From NCBI RefSeq assembly GCF_037042905.1, contig NC_087251.1, forward strand, positions 22,136,001 through 22,200,000: a stretch of 64,000 nucleotides of DNA, written 5' to 3'. Positions 27,801 to 39,800 of this stretch are shown here, in pieces; the stretch's first letter is position 1; every line of letters starts with the position of its first letter. The position numbers were made by a program, and so were the translations under genes. The notes beneath the pieces are model-generated. The model worked only from the letters and a program-made list of their open reading frames with translations, made no database searches and had not been told where the DNA came from. The stretch is from Lytechinus pictus. Lineage: Eukaryota.

Positions 27801-30800
27801 AGTGTTGTTGCATTTCTGACAAGGACCAATAATGAACTTACCCTTTTGGCCAAGGGCACTAATACCTTGGTCACATTTCCCCTATGGCAGCCCTACGGCG
27901 AGTCGAAGACAGCCATTTTGACATTTTTTGTACCAGTTACATATAGGTGGTTTGAATAAAAATGAAGAAAATGGCTATTTTTGACTTGCTGTACGGCCGC
28001 CATAGGGAAAATGTGACTGAGGCATTAAGGTTGTTCTTACTTACATGTATATCAAAGTCATTGTAACCTGAATGAACTTGGTAGTATTTCATTAGTTTGT
28101 AATTCTGTATTAACAAACCTGAAACTTAATCTGATCCTTAATCACCTGGCTTGAGACCTTCATAAATGATTTGTTAATTAATTTTTAGAATGTTTTTATT
28201 CTTTATTCTTTTTATTGTCATTATTGAAATGCTAAATATGAAACCGCCCTGTCACATGGTGAGCTTAATATGCACTGTAATAAGAAAAAACAAGTGGTTT
28301 ATTAAGAAAAAATCATACCTATCCTATGACAGTTATCCTGTCTAAGATTCTCATGCATTATGATATGGAAGAGGATACTGCTTGTTCCATTATGCTTATT
28401 TTACACAATTGTATAGGCCTACTTTCTTGATTTATCGTAAAAACAGAATTACAAACAAATGTTTTAATATCCATACTCATTAAAAAATGCAACTCCCTTG
28501 TGCAATGTCAGTGATTCATTTATCTGGATTTTTTGCTCTATATGACATCAATATCCAGGTATGCAATTTACAACTGTTAACTGTTCATATGTATGTGGTG
28601 ACTTATAAATATAGTATTCAATGTCACTCTTTGTCATGCTTCTGCGCATATTAACCACACATTTTTTTTTCTGGTGGTACTGAATAGCAAGAACACATCT
28701 CATTTGTTTGGTATTTCAAGTTTTCAACCACAAATACATGTACATGTAGGTGGCAAAAATTTGTTGCAAACTACACCTTTACCCATGTAGCCCATTTGGC
28801 TATGCTTAGCAATTTGTTTTTCATACTGGTATTGTAGGCTTTTTTAAAAAAAAGCCCTGGCATATCATTACTGAAATTATTGAAATAGTTTTCCAACTAC
28901 ATGTAGTTATGCTTAAATTTCCTAAAGTCTATTTGAATAAACTTTAGTAGATGACTGCAGTTGTCGTAGTTTAATGTTTCATCAATCAGTAGTTTGAATT
29001 TGAATTGGGATTTGAGATTTATATTTATTAAATTAAAAATCCTAAAACTTAAAAAAAAAAAAATTTAACCAATAGAGAATGTGAGGTAGAGTATGCTTTC
29101 CTTTTATAGCAACACTGCTTCATTGGTTACTTAGTATTGTATTTCACTCTTGATTGAAATTTACTTTGCATTGCGTTTTATGACCTTGCAATATAGCGTT
29201 CATATTATTATTTATTCAAGGGATGGTTTACAAAATTCTTTGGTTTATTTGCATTAACCTGAAATAAGTAAATGTACATGTATGCATGATGAAAAGTAAT
29301 TTAATGGTTACCATGGTGAGATATGAGCACAATATTGTGTGTTTTCAGGCAGCCAAAATGATACTAAAATTTGTGTAGACATTCCTCCATGCAGGTGTTA
29401 TTTGTTTTATTTTGTTCTACATGTGATTGATTCTGTGCAAAAATGAAATTGAGAAACTGTTTGTCAAAGCTTTGCATTATAAATAGACAACACTGTAATG
29501 CTACCCATAAATTGACTGATTAATTGATGTTCCTAAATTAGGATTGCACTCATTAACATTGAATGTAATCACCCACGTCATTTCATGTACATGTAATTTT
29601 AGCTTAGAAAATCTTCCACAGACAATTCATTATGTTATGTAGACCTAGCAATTAATTACTGTAAAGTATGAAAATCAATTATCTACATGTACTCACAATA
29701 TGACTTATTTCATATTTTTAAATTTCAGGATGACTCTGGGAATGAATTATTCATCAGCGCATCCTTCTCAGGTTTAAGTGTTAAACATCTAGATAGACAA
29801 GAGACTGTTCATTTTGAGTGAGTATATTGCCAAGTAAATTTTTAGAATTTTCTCGGAAAAAAAAGATGAGGATAAAATCTGAAAATTTCATTGCATTTTC
29901 ATCACATTTTACTGTGAATATGTGCCTTACTTGTGACATGGAATCTACAGAGAGTTATAAAGAGATATGCATCTCCATTTTAAGCATTTTCATCAAGCCT
30001 TCATTGAAATGTTTCTGTCATTCTTTCTGCATTATTAAGGGGGAAAAATGAGTGAAGACTCTCCCTTTAAGTAATGGAGTCTAAAGAGGAAGTGTGTGTG
30101 TGATTCATTTGTTGATTGTTAGCCATTCCAGAGCAGAGTTCACAGTCAATACCAATTGATTTTGTTTTGTCACTGCCATTGCATTCTTTGGAGGGGACAA
30201 TGTGAGGTGTCAGGTGGGGACAAAGTCTAAAACATTTCTTCAAGTTTTCAAATCAGACCAAAAGGTTATCCAGACTTTGAGCTGTTCGTCAACAGGTTTG
30301 TTGTAAAAGATCAAGAGGAATGGAATGTAAAGTGATCGAGCAGAGAGCTCCAAAGTTTAAACATATACCTGTATAGTCCTGTCAACATCAGCCTAAGTTT
30401 TAAGTTAAGTTCATTCAAATTTCTTAGGTGAGAAACAAAACTTAGTAAATAATGGTTCACGTAGTTATGGTTATGTCAGTAGAGCTTTCAATCGCACAAT
30501 TTTCCTAGCCCACCCACCAGGCCACCACACATCACAGGTTAGTGGGTTTGACCTGGGAAGTAAAGGTCAATCTTGGAATGTATACAATACATATTCGAAT
30601 CAGAAGAGCGCCCAAAGTATTAGTAGTGGTTCTGCAGGATATCCTTTCAAAATGCACCATGTTTATGTTTGATATTTAAAGACATTTATTTTTAGGACCT
30701 ACAAGAAATGTATTGAAATGTGAAGTTTGACCTAAAATTCTTTGAAAAAATGTCTCTTAGGGTTAGATTAAGTGTTGAATGAACATAGTCTCAACCAGTT

Positions 30801-33800
30801 TGTCTGATCCAGCTTGGTACTCTGACCAGAACAGACTTGAGATATTTTTTTTTAAATATTAAGAATCAGTTTAATAGAGGGTTATTTTGTGAGTTTGATC
30901 CTGAGATTACATGATGCTTGGGTCAACTCAGGCTTATTTTTGTTGGTAGGGGTGGGGGAGTGGTGCAAAATAGTGTATATTTATTGATATTGATAATATA
31001 ATTGATATTAAAGCATCTGGCAAATATGTTTACCTGATCATATCATGATACTAGACAATGAAACAAGAAACAAAAAGTACATATCGCCTACATGCTTTGT
31101 ATTGTAGATAATGGAATTATTTGCTACTAAATTGAGAATCACCTTCTCTCTAGCTTTCTGATGGGTTTAGAGACGAATTTCCTGAATCTCAAGCTTTTTC
31201 TTTCAGTCCGATTGGGCTGCCGCTAGTTAAGGAAGAAAGAACAAAACTGAGGCTGATGGAGAACCACCTCTTAATAGCATCGAGAATTCCAAAATGTAAA
31301 CATATTCTATTTTGACATGTCACATCTGTATAGTGAGATACCATGTGCAAATAATACGTATAAAGTGCATATCCTTGCATGAGTTATTGTATAAACACAA
31401 GACCAAATTTAGGGATGATATGATTGTCAAGTACATGTACATGTATGAGTAATATTGATAATGTCTGTCTCAAGTTTAACATTAAGGTGTACCTGAGGCA
31501 ACATTGTTGAATATGATAAATATGCTTTAATAGTCATAGGGTACACTGTGCTTAGAGAATGACCCCATAGTAAATAACATACCTCTTAGGTAATAAGAAC
31601 ATAAAAATTACGTTTGATACATCGTGAGACAATTGGTTATTTCTTCGACTCAATCCTTCACCACGATGAACCCCTTCCACATCAAGAACATTCATGTACA
31701 TGTTTTAAAGTGGAAATTAAAATATTTTTTTTCTTCAATATTCTGATATGTGATATGAATATGAATATGAGTTCATTTTAAGATTTTTCTTGTCTCGTAG
31801 AATTTCAATCCAATACACCTCTTACCTTGTTCGTGTATATGCCAATACTGCAATATTATGGTAATATTACTGGTGCACATCATCAAGCAATACCAAAATC
31901 TCATGATGTATGTATGGGAATATACTGTACTCATGATTCTGCATTATTGCAAATATTTAAAGTTCTTAAGTTTTTGAAGGGTCCTAATAATTATGAAAGT
32001 ATACAGATCCAGCTCATGAAACTTGGACATAATTAGTATTCTAGTATCACTGATCACCTTGCTTGAGTTTTACATGTAGGTCACTTGATTAAGGTCAAAA
32101 GTCATTTAGGGTCGATGATTTTTTACCATAATTTAGGGTATATACACTACCATATTTTGTTAATGTCATCATAACTCTGAATGTTCATGGATCTATATGT
32201 AGTTAATTAAACTTAGACATACAGGAAATCATGTATCACTATCATTCTGCATGAGTTTAAGGTTATATGATTAAGGTCATAGGTCATTTAGGGTCAATGA
32301 ATATAGAATTTTATCATACGAATTGTCTTTTGTGAAGTTTTTTTAGCTGTTTTCAAAGTCAGCACTGCTGCTATAGTGAATCCCGTAAATGCAGGTGGGA
32401 CTGCCAGAGGTATTCCACTTGTCAATATTGTGGTTTGTTCCTTGAAATTACATGTGTTTCAACCAACATCTCTGTAGTTGTTATTTTGATTCTTACTTCT
32501 TGCAATTCAAAAAAAAATCTATAAAATGCCTAGCTTAAAGAAAATGTTGATATTTTTTATTTTGCCTTCCTTGTCTTAAATAGGTGGCATGAGGTTGTGA
32601 GCATGGGCCACAATCGGCGGGCCTTTGGGGTTGGGACGTCCCGCTCTCATGATGTCCTGCAATTTCAGATGGATGATGCGGAGACAGCCAAGTATGTGTG
32701 CAGAATATGCAGACTCCAACAGCAGTTCCACAAGTATACAGTTGAAACAGTCAAGTGAGTCAGTTGGAATATGCCTTAACATTTAAGAGCTATTCATGGC
32801 ACTATATACACTTGTAGAATATCTTCACAGAAACAAGATTAGCATCCTGAGCAAGTGGGGTGTACTAGCAGATAAGGAATATCAGAAATTACGAGAGAGA
32901 TGTCAGTTTTGAAGACTACCTTTACGATGTGCATGTACATGTATGTTTAGTGCAAGTTCTGTCTATGAAACATTTTAGAAAATTCCGTGTCACACTTAGT
33001 GGTGTCTTTCAGCTGAATCCCGTTCAAGATCTTTTCCTTCTTATATTCTCATTTCAGTATATACACGAACATGAAACAGTGGGAAAGCCAACATACTTCC
33101 CGGAAGTTGTGAAGCTGTTTAAAATCAATATTATAAATATTTTACTACACAATCATTCTTGCGTGTATGATAGGGGTTTGAGCTTTGATTCATTTGATAA
33201 GAAAAGGGCAAAATGCACTTCCTTGTTTTGTGAATTTTGGCCTCTATTTGACCTCTTCTATAACTCTAATAAAACTAAACTCATGAATTATGGAATGTTA
33301 TGAATGCTTAATGTGTTTTTAAAGTGCTTTAATCCCTCCCTGGAGCTGAAATGCATAACAAAACCACATACTGATGTATGGAAGCAACCAAACAACTGAC
33401 TAACACAATCAGTTGTATTTATATATTGTTGTTGATGGGACAATGAAATTTATTACCACAATATCTAATGCTTTGGGGTTTTGTTATTGGGGTTCAACCG
33501 GAAAAAAGGACTGTGTAGTGGCTTTTTGTGGAATAAATATGTGGTGTTTTTTAAGTGGAAAAATCCACTATGCTGGTGCCACAAAAAAGTTTGTCCACAT
33601 CAAATTAAGGTCTGATTGAAAGTGTATTTAGGGTCAGCAAAATTATTTTTTCCTCAGCATCATTGGATCATGGTCATTGTAGACTGTATCATTGTATTTA
33701 ATTAGCTAGCAATAGTGCGGCCTGGATTGGTCAAGCCACCTCAGGTTAGTGGCACATCAATGCTTGTCTGAACGCACAGACTGATTAGCACTTCAGTCAA

Positions 33801-36800
33801 CATTTCTGTCTGGAAATAGTCAAGCTAAATATTCTTAATTTGTTTTATTTTTATTTGTTTTACTGTGCACTCCTATGGGTCATGAAATTTATCTTCTCTT
33901 TTTTTTAGCCCAATCATCCCTATTATTCAATCAGAAAGGTTGGGAGATCAACCAAAATATGATTAAATAATAATCATGGTGCTTTGAGTTTGTCTGAAAC
34001 TTGGGACAGTATATTTAAGTATGTTTATTGACAGAAGTGAGATGCTTTGTTTCACCATGTTTGACTACTATGAAACATGTGTCAGAGCTTTTTGTGTAGT
34101 GTCTGAACATGGCTTTTGATTGTCTTTGTATATTTCAGGCTTGGAAGCAGAGAGGTTCTGGTCGATGGTTTCCCAGCAGACAAGCTAATCACTGTAGTAG
34201 ATCCAGAGAGGAGAATGTCAATGGATGGACACCAATCATCAGGAAAGATGAGGAATAGAGATAGTCTTATGATGGGTGAAGGAACTTCCTCTGAGGGTAA
34301 GTTATGAACAATACTAGCTGAAAATATATTTATGCCTCGTAGTAAGCATATAGTGATGGGTTATTGGATAGCAGTTCCATGGCATTCGCTCCAGCATCAT
34401 TTGCTCCAATGGGAAATCTGCATGTTAAGCCAAACAAAACCTAACCTCTAAAAAAAAGTAAACCCTAATCCTTATCTGTACAGCATTCTGAACCAAAAAC
34501 TCGATAACAATCCTAAATCTAACCATATGCCCTTTGAGATATTAGGACAGGTAGCAGGAGCATGTCGTATCACCTGGATAATAACTATTTGTGGTGTAAT
34601 ATTGGAAGAAAGGATTGCGCCAAAGTTTGATCATTTGCTTTACATTCAACATCTTAACCCTATCTAGGCCAGGGGGGGGGGGCACAGAATAGATACACCC
34701 AACTCATTTGTTATGGTTATCCTACTTTGAGAAATGGGGAAAAATATATTCAATGGTGGTAAAATAATAACTAAACTTTATATAAAATGCTTTTTTGCTT
34801 GTATTAATCTCATGTTTTAATTTTACTCATTAATATTTGATGGACATTTTTTTTTAATTGACAGAGAACCTTCCACATCACATGATGGCGGATGGTCAAC
34901 TAAGTAACCAGCAATTCATCATTAGCCAAACAGGAAATACCAACTTCACCACATCTCAACTGAGTCTTGATAACCAGCATGCCTATGACATGGGTCCTTT
35001 CACTACCTCCCAGCTAAGTCTGGACAGACCACCTACTGATTACAGCTACTCTAATGGTAACCTAGTCATGCTGGATCAGAATGGAAGTGTGTATAGCGCC
35101 CCCAGTGTGAATTCGCTGAATTATGGACTCCACAACCAGGTGTCACCAAACTCGTCCAATCCTAGCCTTACGAACAATGAGAAACTGCGCGCTCATCTGC
35201 AAGCAGCTCTGCCGGCATACAGGCAGAGTCCAGACTATGAGTCGTTCATCCAGGCCAGACTGCAGCAAAGGCTGTTGACTGTGAGTGAGCAGAGTCAGAG
35301 TGTAGGGAACCTTGGTAAGCAGAATGGGTTTGGACCTGTGGAAAGTGTGCTCTATCCTCAGCCGGAACTGAGGCAACATAGTCATAACAATCACTACAGG
35401 CAGCAGTTCAGACTCAGCTATGGAGGCATGCCTAACAATTACTACACTTCCAACAACATGGACTACTCCCTGGAGTCACTGCAGCATGGGCTGTTGATAA
35501 AGACTCCCCATGGGAACATTGTACATACCATCAGTGTGCCTGAATTGACGTCAGAGCATATTCAAACCACAGAGGAGTATATTACTGCAAAACTGTTGAA
35601 AAACAAGTACAAACCACCACCGCCTTACCCAAGAGGAAGTGCCAGTACCCCTAACCTTGCCAGGCAAAGTAATAATTACTTAGTGAGCAGTAGTAGCCCC
35701 GATCTGGTGAGTAGGAGGTTACAGGCTATTGAAGCCATGCATGAGGTTAATCTCCATGGAAGCGGGAATGTAAATATTGATACGGATTTATCTCAGTCAT
35801 TACCCATAGATGCATTCCAACAGTTGAGGATACAGGACTACCATCCGCAGGTTGGTATGTACAGCAGACACGTTTCACAAGGATATCAGCAGCAGTACAG
35901 TCCACAGCAACGAGAGTTCAAACCTGCATTGACTCTAAATCTGACAGACAAAGCCCAACCGTCTGATCTCTCCATGATAGGTGTGCCCTCTGGGTACGAG
36001 GACAAACTGCCTACCCCGCCAGACAAGGCTAGGATCATGAGTCCTTTCCAGGAATTCGCAGTGCCTTTGGTCAGCCCACCAAGTGAATTTGCAGATCACA
36101 GTGACATTGATTCAAACATGTCTCCGGGTAGTGTTGGGAGTCCTCCACGCCACTTTCACCTACCTCCCCAAGGCTTGGGGGATATTTACAACTCACAACC
36201 ATCACTTCCAGAGAACCATATGACCTATGTGACAGGTGGCTTTGGACAGATGAATGGCACTGGTCAGCATGGCTCGCCCACAAGAGTATACTCTATGCCT
36301 CAGCTCCACCCAGAAATGCGGGAGGTGAACCCTAGTCATTATGCCATGCTCCATGTTGATCAGGCCAACTATGTTAATTCTGTACAGGGCTTCCACGTGC
36401 ATCCCCAGCAGCAACACACCTCAGAAGTAGAAACAATACTAGCAGAGAGGACAAATCATCAGCCGCAAGGCAGTCCTATTGCAGTGAACAATCATAACAT
36501 TGGTAGCTTTGCTTCTAATGTGAATGTTACGCCTTTGGACAATATCACTCAGGAAATTCCTCAGAAGGGGCATGCAACTCAGTCGCCCTCTCCACCTCCA
36601 GCTCTTCCACTCTCGACAGTTGACGTTAACACTCACCAGCCCAAGCAACCTGAAATGAAAGTCAGTTCTCCAACCTCGAAACCTTCCACCAGTACTACTG
36701 CTCAGCAACCTTCCACATCAAAAGCCTCATCTGCTCAACCAATTAGCAGCAGCAAGCACAAATCATCCAAAGCACCCGAGTCACCTACGCTGCCTTTGTC

Positions 36801-39800
36801 TCCTGATCCTGAAGGAAGAGAAATTCTTGAGGATGTAGGGACTGAAAATGGAGGATACATTGGTCCTTTGAAGCTGGCTGCCATGAGTGGGTTAACCCTT
36901 CTCAGACCAAGGGACATGCCTGATGAACCAGAGGAAGAATCTAAACATCCAAGAGATGCAAGGGTAAGTAGAGAAATCATGCTTTGGACCTTAAAGCAAA
37001 TGTATGGGAATGTTTGGAGATTTCTTACAGTGTGCCTAATTTTTTACACTAAGCAAAGAAATCTGTTTTTAGTCCAGACCAAATATATGTCTTTACCTAG
37101 CCCAATACCCCCTTCCCCATTCATAAAGCTAAATCTCATAATCCTAATATACCTTAATTCATTTGCCCAGAGACCAAAAAAGGTTCAAGAAAATCCGCTG
37201 ACAGCTCAATTATTTAGTATGTTATGCAGCTAAAACAAATTTGCATATGTATTATTAACCTCATGTTTAGAAAATAGATGATTTCATTGTGCATGATTTG
37301 AATGTATTCAATCAATATTTATGTTCTTCTGTACCAACAACATTGTGATTTGCTTTCATCAACTTGATTTGGAAAGTGCAAATGGGTGAAAGCCATTTCA
37401 TTGTTATGGCTTTATGTTGATGTTATATATTGTTTATTGCATGTTTGGGAATGTAAACATTATTAAAACAATACAGTCGAAAATATATGTGCTTATATGA
37501 ATCTACGTTGGTTTAAGAAGTACAAAACAATTCAAACATTCACCTTGGTATAATTGATATCATAATCTACCTTTACCTCATGTTCATTTCTATTTCTCAC
37601 TTTTGCTTTTTATTATTTTTTTTTCAGGAATGTAAATATTATGTTAACAGTACAATAGCAAAGTTGATAAATAAGAAGAAAAAAATAACGATTTATCAAA
37701 AGGTATATAAAAAAGAGATGGAAGCTTTTTTATTTTTTAATTTATTTTGGATGTTTAGAGAACATTCACCACAATATTAAGCTCAAAATGATACAATTTT
37801 TTTTTTGTTCAACTATTTCCACATTTTGATCATTAATTAATTTTGTATATTTGATTGATGTGATTTATTTTGCAGCGGAAAATCCTTGAGAAGCAATTGA
37901 GAGAAGGTCAGGTATTCACAGAGTATGAGCAGATTCATAAGAAGCGAGAAGGAGCAGTGTGCTATACATCAAAATTACCAGAGAATGTCAACAGAAACAG
38001 ATTCAAAGATGTCCTACCATATGAGGTATGGATCAATTAAAATAAAAAAATCCCTTTTCTTGCTTTTCTTAAAAAGTTGATATTCAAAGCTGTTGGGTAT
38101 ATGGTATTTCTGAAAGGATTGATATACTCTTTAATATTTCTGAATTGGAATAAAAAGCTTTTCATATTGAAAGCTTTCAGTATATATTCCACTCAGCATT
38201 ATGTATCACATCATCAAGAAAGTGATGGTTAACAATGTCAGTATGATGATTGTATTTTAGAAATGTGATGTAATGAAATATTTAATTTGTTTGAGTTGGT
38301 GATCTTCTTTTTCTTTGTCTGACTCGGGACAAGTAAGAAACTGAGTTTCTTGTTTGATCCTGCCCAATATATGAAAAAGAATTTACCAAGTCCTGGCTTT
38401 GTAAGACATGCTATCAATAATAAAGATTGGAATGCTATGATAGATTCATTCACTGCCACTAAAAGTACATTATTTTAGTAGCTTTTAATATTAGTTTGTA
38501 ACAGGCAATTGTTAAAAGTTCGATGACACAGGGCTCAATAGATTTTTTCAGTAAGTTTATTGCCCATGATCTTTGTGGACAAAGTTGCAGTTGGCCAATA
38601 CAAGGATTTTAGGCGCCTGATACAGTTTGCAGTGAAATCACAGACAAATCACTTCATGAAACTCAGAAAATTATGTATATAAATCCAAGACTTCCTGATT
38701 GCTTTGGATTGACAGGATTGTAGAGTGGAGTTATCCTCATCTCATCATAACAGTGGAGGTTACATCAATGCCTCACTGGTTAAGGTACCCATCGCTGGTG
38801 AGATGCTACATTACATCGCTGCTCAGAGCCCTATGGAGAACACTGTTCAAGACTGGTGGAGGATGGTATGGGAGAGTGGTACACAGGTCATCGCTATGCT
38901 CACTAAACTCAAGGTAAATATACAACAATTGTACATCTATATTGCGCAGTTTCTATATGTATACACTCAACTGCACATATATGTTATTATCATTATTATG
39001 ATTGGCCCTCTGATCAATGGCTGAACTTTGTGTTTTGAAGTGCATGTTAGACAAATTGGTCAGAGATGAAGTAAATCAATGTTACGACAAAATCATTATA
39101 GTCCAATAGATTGAATGGCAAACTAATTATACCATGATTGTCTTGAATTACAATTGGATGCATCTGCCCCAAAACATACAGAAGTAAACCTCCATTATAT
39201 CACCATATATGGGCCTGTTTTTCTTGAGCAGGAAGTTTTCTACAAAAAAAAATGAAATACAATATTCAGTTAAATTCCCTTTGTCTATTTTTAGCATGTC
39301 CATGGTCATGGGCCATTGCATGTATTTTTTTCAATCTTCATTAAACATTCATGTACAAGGAAGTTATGACATTTTCTACAGTTATAATAAACAATCAATA
39401 TTGGTTTTCAGTTTCATTCCCTTTGTTATGCTTATTTTTAGCATTTCATGGACATGGGTCATGGCTTACCTTAATAAAACACTCCTGCACAAGGAAGTCA
39501 AGTTAAACGTTTATTTATTTTCTTATGTCAAATATTTCCCATTTTAAAAACCACCTTTAAATGTAAATAATTTTATTTTCAGGAGGATGGCAGAGAAAAG
39601 TGTTTCAAATACTGGCCTGATTGTACTTCACCTAAGAAGAATACAGCTGAGTTTGGACCTGTAAGTGTGCCAATTTTTTTTTTTAAGTTGTCACAATGGC
39701 ATAGCCCAAATTTATATTCAATATGCTATTTGATATATGAATTATGCATGTAGTTCATAAATGAATTAGATGAGAAAGACATACACTGCATAGAAACTTA

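Noticed and set aside
33058..33115. Acceptor-like site ttcag| followed by coding-looking sequence
   Set aside because: In the phase required after exon 32584-32754 it reaches TGA without a convincing donor. The exon chain is complete without it.
36964..37233. C-terminal part of the 791-aa ORF
   Set aside because: Read-through into the intron past a strong AGG|gtaagt donor; the PTP domain continues at 37876.
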